This document shows, piece by piece, positions 30,670 to 38,161 of a stretch of 42,529 nt of DNA; positions within the stretch are counted from its first letter, which is position 1, and each line of letters begins with the position of its first letter. The stretch lies in NCBI GenBank assembly GCA_028572065.1, contig JAPVWK010000002.1, forward strand, positions 1 through 42,529, in the 5' to 3' direction. A program made the translations under genes and the position numbers. Under the pieces are notes generated by a model. The model was not told the origin of the DNA. It saw nothing but the letters and a program-made list of their open reading frames with translations, and made no database searches. Origin of the DNA: Candidatus Methanophagales archaeon (lineage in GTDB: Archaea; Halobacteriota; Syntropharchaeia; Alkanophagales; Methanospirareceae).

Positions 30670-32376
30670 TTGGCAATTCGTAAAATCGGTGTGATAAGCA
30701 GCACGTATCGCCATATCAACCGCTATCGCGAGATTATCGCAATATTGGTGAAGTATGGTTTTGGTGAGGTATTAGCGAAGCTGGAGTTACAAAAACATCT
30801 CGAGTTCGGTAAGGGTAAAAGCTTCGTATTAGGTGAAACTGCTACAGAAATAGCGGCTGTTTCGCACTGGGCTCGGGTGCGGATGGCGCTGGAGGAGCTT
30901 GGGCCAACTTTTGTCAAGTTTGGTCAGATGATGAGCACCAGATCTGACATGATCCCCCACGAACTTATCACCGAACTGGAGAAGCTTCAAGAGGAGGTCC
31001 CTCCGTTTTCCACGGAAGATGTGAAGCGAATTATTGCGGAGGAATTGAACAGTTCAGTGGATCGTATCTTCATGGATTTTTCGGGTTCATCTATTGCTGC
31101 CGCATCTATTGCACAGGTGCATAAAGCAGTGTTGCCCGGGGGTGAAGAAGTAGCAGTCAAGATTCAGCGTCCTGATATTGACAAAATTATCGAGGCAGAC
31201 CTGGAGATAATGCTCCATCTCGCCACACTGGCGGAGAAATATCTTAAGGAGACTGAAGCTATAGACATTGTGAAATTAGTAGAGGAATTTGCACGTGTGA
31301 TTCGGAAGGAACTGAACTTCAGAATCGAGGCGGCATATATTGAGCGTTTTGCTAACAATTTCCAGGATGACACGACAATTCACGTGCCTAAGGTCTATAA
31401 GGGTTTTTCCGCAGGTAAAGTCTTGACGATGGAGTTTATCGGCGGGTACAAAGTCACGGATATTACAAAAACCGAGGTGCGTGAGCACGGAATTGACCCT
31501 AAAGTCGTGGCATCGCGTGGGTTGGACCTCATTCTTAAACAAATTTTTGAACACGGATTCTTTCACGCAGACCCGCATCCGGGAAACATCAGAGTTCTGG
31601 ATGGCAATGTCATCTGCTTCCTTGACTACGGCATGATGGGTAGGCTGTCTGCACGTCATCGCGAGGACTTAGCTGACATCTTCATTGGGATAATAAGCAG
31701 AGATGAACATAAAATTACGAAAACAATCTTAAAGTTAACCGGGCGCAGCCATGTCCGAGATGTTGAGGAGTTAGAATCGGACATTGCCGAACTTATCGAG
31801 GTTTATGCTTATGGTTCACTAAAAGAACTTGAGATAGGGGGTGTTATAACCCACATGGGGGATGTGATCATCGAACATCATCTGGAAGGACCTCGAGACT
31901 TCTACCTGCTCGCAAAAGCACTGGTGACCATTGAAGGTGTGGGTAGGGAACTGGACCCAGAGTTCAATGCCGCGAAACACGCTGAACCGTTCGCAAAGAA
32001 GTTGATCATGGATCGTATGAGTCCCCGGAGGTTAATCAAAGATTTTTATCACTCCGCCACTGAAGCAAGCTTGCTGGTGCGTGACTTTCCCGCAGAAGCG
32101 AGGGAGATATTAACACTGCTAAAACAAGGCGAAGCGAATATAAAATTTGAGCACAGAGGTCTTGACCCGATGCTAAAAACATTCGACCAGATTACCAATC
32201 GTATGGTGTTTGCAATTGTTCTGGCGTCGCTCGTGATCGGTTCAGCCCTTATTGTTCTTTCCGGTGTCCCGCCGAAATGGCACGAGATACCGGTTATTGG
32301 CATCGTTGGCTTTCTTGGAGCGGGAATAATGGGCTTTGGGCTGTTATTTTCGATTTTGCGGCACGGTAAGATGTAG
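30670..32376 (+). CDS. AarF/ABC1/UbiB-family atypical kinase
   Basis: LGPTFVKFGQ, AAASIAQVH, VAVKIQRP, FFHADPHPGN, LDYGM, two C-terminal TMs. Confidence 0.95.
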   Translation: MAIRKIGVISSTYRHINRYREIIAILVKYGFGEVLAKLELQKHLEFGKGKSFVLGETATEIAAVSHWARVRMALEELGPTFVKFGQMMSTRSDMIPHELITELEKLQEEVPPFSTEDVKRIIAEELNSSVDRIFMDFSGSSIAAASIAQVHKAVLPGGEEVAVKIQRPDIDKIIEADLEIMLHLATLAEKYLKETEAIDIVKLVEEFARVIRKELNFRIEAAYIERFANNFQDDTTIHVPKVYKGFSAGKVLTMEFIGGYKVTDITKTEVREHGIDPKVVASRGLDLILKQIFEHGFFHADPHPGNIRVLDGNVICFLDYGMMGRLSARHREDLADIFIGIISRDEHKITKTILKLTGRSHVRDVEELESDIAELIEVYAYGSLKELEIGGVITHMGDVIIEHHLEGPRDFYLLAKALVTIEGVGRELDPEFNAAKHAEPFAKKLIMDRMSPRRLIKDFYHSATEASLLVRDFPAEAREILTLLKQGEANIKFEHRGLDPMLKTFDQITNRMVFAIVLASLVIGSALIVLSGVPPKWHEIPVIGIVGFLGAGIMGFGLLFSILRHGKM

Positions 32377-32391
32377 AAACGCATATACTCT

Positions 32392-32545
32392 TTTTGGAAC
32401 TGCGATAAAGGAAAGCCCCCACTCATTTCAATCATTAATTGTATATGTCAGAACTATCGGCATATTATCATTTGCAGGCATTTTATTCTCTAACCTTTAT
32501 ATGAATCTATTTATGCATATATATGAACCATTATGTAACGTGTAT
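32392..32545 (-). pseudogene. Degenerate copy of the radical SAM gene 5' end and promoter (30011-30175)
   Basis: Exact 17-mers cactcatttcaatcatt (30058/32420) and tgtcagaactatcggca (30080/32446) in the same order, plus colinear weaker matches. Confidence 0.8.
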
Positions 32546-32574
32546 ATCATGAGCTTGACGAGGGAGCGGAAAAG

Positions 32575-33375
32575 ATGAAGATAAAAGAATACTTCAAGAT
32601 GCTGCGGGTCAAAGAATGGATAAAGTTCTACACACTTATCCCACTTATAGGTGCAGTTTTAGCACATGCTACGCCCTCTATTTTTATTTTAGTATGCGTA
32701 ATCTTCTTCTGCGTGATTGGCTATGGGTTCGTCATAAACAACTATTTCGACGTTGAAATAGACAAACGGCATACGAAAAAAGTCATGCAGGGTAAGAATC
32801 CGCTCTCGACTGGTAAAGTAACGAAAAAAGGAACCTTTATGCTCATGGGTGTGCTGCTCGCAATTCCAATCGCGCTTTCCTGTTTTTTAACTCCAAACGG
32901 TCTTTTATTCACGCTGTTGAGCATTGCTTTCCTCACGCTCTATTCAATAAAATACATAAGGCTCAAAGAACGGTTTATTGCAGATATAATAACTCATGGT
33001 ATGATGTTTGGTTTATTTCCCTTTTTAGCGGGATTTACGCTCGCAGGAGGTGATTTAAATACGTTAACTCTATTACTCGCATCCCTGTTTATGATACTTG
33101 GTTGTGGGGCTTTACTCACGCATCAAATAAATGATTACGAGGAAGATTTGGGAATTTCGAGTACCACCGTTGTTAGAGTGGGCCTGAAGAGTGGTTGGAC
33201 GCTGCTCCTCTCTTTTGTTCTCCTCGCCATTGCGAATTTAGAGCTGATTGCTCATTGTTCTGATATTGGAATGTTGTTTCACGGCGGTGCGTTTGCGTAT
33301 TTAATCGCATATCCACTTTATACATGCAGAGGTGAGGTCCAGGGTGTTATCAATAATTATTCCTGCGCTGAATGA
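32575..33375 (+). CDS. UbiA-family prenyltransferase
   Basis: NNYFDVEID and HQINDYEED Asp-rich motifs, NPL..G, YS...RLK, polytopic. Confidence 0.9.
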   Translation: MKIKEYFKMLRVKEWIKFYTLIPLIGAVLAHATPSIFILVCVIFFCVIGYGFVINNYFDVEIDKRHTKKVMQGKNPLSTGKVTKKGTFMLMGVLLAIPIALSCFLTPNGLLFTLLSIAFLTLYSIKYIRLKERFIADIITHGMMFGLFPFLAGFTLAGGDLNTLTLLLASLFMILGCGALLTHQINDYEEDLGISSTTVVRVGLKSGWTLLLSFVLLAIANLELIAHCSDIGMLFHGGAFAYLIAYPLYTCRGEVQGVINNYSCAE

Positions 33376-34132
33376 GGAAGAAAGAATCGAAGAGTGCCTC
33401 AAATCCCTAGAAGAGCAGGATCTGGATCGGAGCGAGTATGAGATAATCGTGGTGGATGGAGAATCTACTGATAGGACAAGGGAGATAGCTCGCGTCTATG
33501 CGGATAAGGTTATTCCCCAGAGAAGTGAAGGAATTGGTGGTGCGAGAAGAGACGGTGCGGAAGCATCAAACGGCGAGATCCTGGTATTTACAGATGCGGA
33601 TACGATTCACGAAAGGCACTGGCTGAGAGTAATCTCAGAGAATTTAAAGAGCTATGACGTAAGCACGGGGCCCATTCTATTTTATGATGGCAACTACAAA
33701 TCAAACCTACTACGATTATGGCGGAAGATCTACGTCTTGTTCCACCTTTTCGATTTCTACTGGCTGATCGGGTCTAATATGGCGATTAAAATGGAGACAT
33801 ACCAGCGAATAGAAGGTCACCGGAATATCTCACTGCTGGAAGACTTTGATATATCTGTGAAGACGTTCAAAGAAGGGGACGTTCTCAGCAAGTACGATAA
33901 GAATCAACGTGTGTATACCTCTGCGAGGCGGCTGGATAATCTACTCACCTATTTCCTAATCTACGCATACGGTCATTACAATTATCATCTGGCCAGGAAT
34001 TTTGGCCGTCTGCTGGACTACCCCGCTTTCGATAGGATGGATTTAAAGACGATTCTAAATATCGCAGGTATCCAAAAGATAAACGATCTCTATATTAATT
34101 TACGTTCCGGTATTGGTAAGAAGGAGGGATAA
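33332..34132 (+). CDS. GT2-family glycosyltransferase
   Basis: SIIIPALNEE, VVDGESTDRT, FTDAD, GSNMA, EDFD, TSARR. Confidence 0.92.
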   Translation: MRSRVLSIIIPALNEEERIEECLKSLEEQDLDRSEYEIIVVDGESTDRTREIARVYADKVIPQRSEGIGGARRDGAEASNGEILVFTDADTIHERHWLRVISENLKSYDVSTGPILFYDGNYKSNLLRLWRKIYVLFHLFDFYWLIGSNMAIKMETYQRIEGHRNISLLEDFDISVKTFKEGDVLSKYDKNQRVYTSARRLDNLLTYFLIYAYGHYNYHLARNFGRLLDYPAFDRMDLKTILNIAGIQKINDLYINLRSGIGKKEG

Positions 34133-34316
34133 TGAATACAATTAACTATAACTTAGCGTGTCTTTAGGGTTTATTTTCTTCGCAGGGACGCCATAATGAA
34201 ACGTTCTTTTGGAATTCCCATAGGTAAACGCCGCCTAAAACGCCGATGATAATTCCACCTGCGAAATCAGATAATAAAAATAAAATATTTATGGTGCAAA
34301 AATAATTAATGAAGAG

Positions 34317-34784
34317 ATGAGCGATAATGAAGCAGATAGTAACTTGATAGCCTACTGTGGACTTTACTGCGGCGATTGTTTTGCCCACAAGGGCAAGATT
34401 GCGGATTTAGCAAGAGACCTCAGAAAAGAATTGAGACAGTCAAAGTTTGATAAGACCGCGGAATCTTTGTCCGACATTTCATTCTTCAAGGTATTTGAAA
34501 GCTACGGGCAGTGCTATGAGGTACTGGGCGCACTGGTAAGATTCCGATGCAAGAACGCATGTCGAGGTGGCGGCGGTCCACCGTTCTGTAAGATACGAAA
34601 ATGCAGCCAGAAGAAAGGTATCGAAGGTTGTTGGGAATGCGATGAATTTGAGACCTGCGAAAAGCTGGACTTTTTGAAGCCAGGCCACGGAGATGCGCAT
34701 CTGAAGAACTTAAGGAAGATTAAGAAACAGGGGATTGATAAATTCATTGAAGGGAAGCGGTATTGGTATAATAAGATTAAGTAA
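34317..34784 (+). CDS. DUF3795-type Cys-rich (Fe-S/Zn) protein
   Basis: AYCGLYCGDC...CKNACR...CKIRKC...GCWECDEF..C. Confidence 0.85.
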   Translation: MSDNEADSNLIAYCGLYCGDCFAHKGKIADLARDLRKELRQSKFDKTAESLSDISFFKVFESYGQCYEVLGALVRFRCKNACRGGGGPPFCKIRKCSQKKGIEGCWECDEFETCEKLDFLKPGHGDAHLKNLRKIKKQGIDKFIEGKRYWYNKIK

Positions 34785-34856
34785 GAACTACCTTGCAAAT
34801 CTTGCAAATATATTTAATGGTTGATTGACATGGATTTGAAATGAGGCAAAAGAAAA

Positions 34857-35321
34857 ATGGAAATACCAACTTTATCGGAAGAAGAAAAATGGGAGATGAT
34901 GCGCGAGATATTCGTGCTGAACAAGCAAGCAGATATTGGCTTCATTATGCAAATGGGAACGGAGAAGATGAGTGAATATGCGGAAATGACCTCTCAGCAA
35001 TATGCAGATATGTTGCGGGCAGAAGGCAAGGATAATGCAATCGGCTTTGCAATGAGCGAGGCGATAGTCCGTAAGAATTTAATGGGGAGCAATGTTGAAG
35101 TTGAGGGAAATCCCAACGAAGCAACTTTGAATCTGAAGAGAGACGGATTCCTGATAACAGCAATAAATCTCATAAAAAAAGGACTGGTGCCTATAAGTAA
35201 AGAGGATTTTCAACATGGATGCATTGAAGGCTATTTCAAACCAAGAGCAGAGAAACTGGGCTTGGAATTGAACGTTGAATATACAGATGAAGGATACGGG
35301 ATAAAGATATCCAAAAAATAA
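34857..35321 (+). CDS. Hypothetical protein
   Basis: 154-aa ORF co-oriented with neighbours, with normal spacing; possibly V4R-like. Confidence 0.7.
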   Translation: MEIPTLSEEEKWEMMREIFVLNKQADIGFIMQMGTEKMSEYAEMTSQQYADMLRAEGKDNAIGFAMSEAIVRKNLMGSNVEVEGNPNEATLNLKRDGFLITAINLIKKGLVPISKEDFQHGCIEGYFKPRAEKLGLELNVEYTDEGYGIKISKK

Positions 35322-35344
35322 AACATGAGAGGAGACAAATAAAA

Positions 35345-35944
35345 ATGCCAACAATAACTCATTTTATCGTGCCGGCAGATGACATGGAGCGAGCAAAAAA
35401 GTTCTACGCCGAATTATTTGATTGGAAAATCGAAAAATTCCCGGGACCAATAGATTACTATGCGATTACCACTACCGACGAAAACGGTGAGGAAGGTCTT
35501 GGTGGCGGGCTGGGAAAAAGAGAAGAACCACAAGAGGCAATTGTCAACTATGTTGATGTTCCGTCAGTGGATGAGTTCATTGCAAAAGTTAAAAAACTCG
35601 GTGGTAAAGTAGTGGTTCCCAAGACGGCTGTGCCCGGTATAGGATATGCTGCTGTTTGCATTGACACTGAGAATAATACCTTTGGACTCTGGGAATGCGA
35701 TGAAGACGCGAAAATGAACCAATGTGAAAGTTGCGGGATGCCGCTTGACGAAAAAACGACATCTAAATTTGACGACCGATATTGCATCCACTGCCAGAAC
35801 CAAGAAAGCGGTGAGTTGGGAAGTAAAGAACAGGTGCGGGAAGGTAGTATAAACGCCGCGATGCAGTTTATGGGTAAGACCAGAGCGGATGCAGAGAAGA
35901 TGGTGGATGAAATGATGCCAAAACTGCCACGGTGGCGAGAATAA
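35345..35944 (+). CDS. VOC/glyoxalase-family protein fused to a C-terminal zinc-ribbon domain
   Basis: HFIVPADDMERAKKFY.ELFDW...GGKVVVPK...DTENNTFGLW, then CESCGMPL...YCIHC...LPRWR. Confidence 0.88.
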   Translation: MPTITHFIVPADDMERAKKFYAELFDWKIEKFPGPIDYYAITTTDENGEEGLGGGLGKREEPQEAIVNYVDVPSVDEFIAKVKKLGGKVVVPKTAVPGIGYAAVCIDTENNTFGLWECDEDAKMNQCESCGMPLDEKTTSKFDDRYCIHCQNQESGELGSKEQVREGSINAAMQFMGKTRADAEKMVDEMMPKLPRWRE

Positions 35945-36087
35945 AGGTGTAGGGCCAAACACGGAGTGCGATTACACACATCCTGTTTATCTCTTTTTTA
36001 TTTAGTTGAAGTGAAAAAATAGGATTCTATGACCTCTCAAGAGAGGAACGGGAAAAAACGGTCCAAAAGATAGAACGCGAAATATAA

Positions 36088-36374
36088 ATGAAGATTGAAG
36101 GAATAATATGGCTCAGAGACATTGTGGACAAGCTTGCTCTTAAACACCACGTTGAAACTCATGAGGTTGAGGAAGTGCTCTCAGTGGCAAATCTAAGTTT
36201 CGTTTTGTTAAGAAAGGGGAACGAGAGGGTGAAGGTGTATACTTAGCTTTAGGACGAACCAGCGCAGGACGATATTTGTCGGTACTTTTTATTTATAAAA
36301 AGACAAAAGAGGTATTAATATTGAGTGCCAGAGACATGGCAAGAAAGGAAAGGAGACAATATGACAAAAAGTGA
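36088..36374 (+). pseudogene. BrnT-family toxin, frameshifted
   Basis: MKIEGIIWLRDIVDKLALKHHVETHEVEEVL, then after an extra 2 nt in ctctc at ~36178-36182, SGKSKFRF...ALGRTSAGRYLSVLF...ILSARDMARKERRQY; not in the ORF track. Confidence 0.85.
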
Positions 36375-36762
36375 ATTAAAAAATCTGCCACGTTTTGGAT
36401 CCCTTGATGAACTTGTAAAGTTCTTTGATACCCATGATCTGGGTGAATACTGGACTGAGATGCCGGAAGCGCACTTTGAAGTTGATGTCAATAGGAAGAC
36501 GCATCTCTTTGCTATTAACACAGAACTTGCTAATAAATTGACAGACATTGCTAAATCCCGAAAAATCTCTTCCGAGGTACTTATCAGCACTTGGTTAAAA
36601 GAGAAAATTCAGGAACAGATAGAGAACGGTGAATTGGCAAGTAAAGAACAGGTGCGGGAAGGCAGTATAAACGCTGCAATGAAGTTTAGGGGTAAGACAA
36701 GAGCGAAAGCCGAAAAGATGGCGGATGAAATGATGCAAAAATTGCCACGGTGGCGAGAATAA
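36361..36762 (+). CDS. BrnA/CopG-like antitoxin fused to the duplicated C-terminal tail of the VOC protein
   Basis: LPRFGSLDELVKFFDTHDLGEYW...WLKEKI plus 46 aa from the repeat; AGGAGA RBS; overlaps the toxin stop. Confidence 0.82.
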   Translation: MTKSELKNLPRFGSLDELVKFFDTHDLGEYWTEMPEAHFEVDVNRKTHLFAINTELANKLTDIAKSRKISSEVLISTWLKEKIQEQIENGELASKEQVREGSINAAMKFRGKTRAKAEKMADEMMQKLPRWRE

Positions 36763-36775
36763 AGGCGTAGGAACA

Positions 36776-36821
36776 AACACGGAGGGGTGTGACCACCCCC
36801 GGTTTATCTCTTTTTTATTTT
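36776..36821 (+). terminator. Hairpin plus T-tract terminator candidate
   Basis: GGGGTG-TGAC-CACCCC stem followed by ggtttatctcttttttatttt. Confidence 0.6.
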
Positions 36822-36941
36822 AGCAGAGGCAAAATTATAGTATTCCATGATCGCACAAATGCGGAAACGAAAATTAGAGATAACACCTATAACGGGGCAA
36901 CGGAATAGGTGGAGCTTTAATGCGAGGGGGGACTCGGCATC

Positions 36942-37850
36942 ATGGAGACCGTAACTATTGAACCAAAGCCACCATACGATATAAAGACGCATTTTGAACA
37001 TTACAGCTTAGGTAATCTTCAACCATTGCCCGCCATATACGAAAAGGGTATTTACCGGCGGGCGTTCCGACTAAAAGATGATATTTTGGTTCCTTTTGAA
37101 ATCGAACTAAATGATGATGTGGATAGCCCGAAATTAAAGGCTACTTTTTATTCTGCTATTACTAATAAGGAACGAGAACAAGCCATTGCTAAACTAAAAT
37201 GGGTTCTTGACACGGAATACGATTTGAAACCGTGCTATGAATACATGAATTCTGACCCGATTTTGAGTAGGGTCCGGAACAATAATTATGGCTTAAGGCC
37301 GAGCTACTACAGCACCGTCTATGAAGCGATTATTGTCGCAATAGTGCAACAACAAATTTCATTGAAGATAGCCAGCCATATGGTATCACTTATTGTCAGA
37401 AGATATGGCGACTGTATCCGGGTTGGCAATAAAGAATTCTGGGAGTTCCCGTCACCAAAAGAACTGGCAAAAGCCACTGTCAAAGGTTTAAGAGATTGTA
37501 AATTGAGCGAACGGAAAGCAGAGTATATTCGTAATTTCTCGCAGGTAGTTGCAAAAGGTGAGTTTTACCCAGAGAGCTTGAAAAAGTGCGATTATGTGCA
37601 GATTGTAGATAAAATAACTTCTTTTCGGGGCATGGGGCTGTGGACCGCGGAAAGTGTAATTGTAACTTCCATTGATGTTGAAAATGTGAATCCATCAGGC
37701 GACTTGGGTGCAAGAAAGGCGATTTCGCATTTTTATAGTGGCGACAAACTCATGAGTGAAGCGGAGGTCCGGAACTTTACTGAAAGATGGGGGAGATATA
37801 AAGGGATTATTACTTATTACTTGATGGCGGAATATGTACATAACGAGTGA
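36942..37850 (+). CDS. alkA: DNA-3-methyladenine glycosylase (AlkA-like HhH-GPD)
   Basis: YEAIIVAIVQQQISL, FPSPKELA, LSERKAEYI, RGMGLWTAE, PSGDLG. Confidence 0.9.
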   Translation: METVTIEPKPPYDIKTHFEHYSLGNLQPLPAIYEKGIYRRAFRLKDDILVPFEIELNDDVDSPKLKATFYSAITNKEREQAIAKLKWVLDTEYDLKPCYEYMNSDPILSRVRNNNYGLRPSYYSTVYEAIIVAIVQQQISLKIASHMVSLIVRRYGDCIRVGNKEFWEFPSPKELAKATVKGLRDCKLSERKAEYIRNFSQVVAKGEFYPESLKKCDYVQIVDKITSFRGMGLWTAESVIVTSIDVENVNPSGDLGARKAISHFYSGDKLMSEAEVRNFTERWGRYKGIITYYLMAEYVHNE

Positions 37851-37871
37851 AAAATGGGCAACTGTTTAGTT

Positions 37872-37998
37872 AACCACAAGATCACACAGATTTCCACGAG
37901 AAAACCTTTACCAAAAGAATCTTGTTTTTCTTTTAGCACAGGTTTTCTTTTTGTAAAAAAGAAAAAGTGTTGTGTTAATCTCGTGAAATCTCGTGGTT
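37872..37998. repeat. 127-bp non-coding element with imperfect terminal inverted repeats of ~10-bp periodicity (MITE-like)
   Basis: Left aaccacaagatcacacagatttccacgaga; right arm reverse complement aaccacgagatttcacgagattaacacaaca; AT-rich core. Confidence 0.7.
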
Positions 37999-38161
37999 TC
38001 TTACCCCGCTGCTATACAAATACAGAAATGGCATTAGATACTATTTTAGCAACGTTTAAATAACAGCATCTTAAGAGTTCGACGAGTGGTGACGTTTTGG
38101 TAGAGGCTAACCAGGTATAGCATAGTTACAGAAATGACATACGTATGCCCACTGCGAAACC

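Larger units (their letters stand above)
35804..36823 (+). repeat. ~200-bp degenerate direct repeat (35804-36005 and 36622-36823) flanking the BrnT/BrnA-like pair
   Basis: Both copies encode GEL.SKEQVREGSINAAM.F.GKTRA.AEKM.DEMM.KLPRWRE* and share the downstream aaacacggag...gtttatctctttttta; constant offset of 818 bp. Confidence 0.93.

Noticed and set aside
30144-30714. Minus-strand ORFs of 81-157 aa
   Set aside because: Antisense shadows of the phasin-like gene, which has the strong RBS and operon context
13832-32376. Complete reassignment of TAG to a sense codon
   Set aside because: TAG terminates several genes at their expected ends (epimerase, MMPL, CBS, TrmB-like, UbiB); read-through at 18400 would run deep into the next gene
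27299-34132. Carotenoid (bacterioruberin-type) cluster based on UbiA + hydratase-like + GT2
   Set aside because: No phytoene synthase or desaturase in the window, and the radical SAM points to ether lipids; not excluded if those genes lie elsewhere
35804-36823. Diversity-generating retroelement TR/VR pair (also considered for 9284/10251 and 6351/6441)
   Set aside because: Mismatches are not confined to adenines in either copy and there is no reverse transcriptase in the window
37854-38063. 69-aa ORF after alkA
   Set aside because: It is a translation of the inverted-repeat element, with no protein-like features
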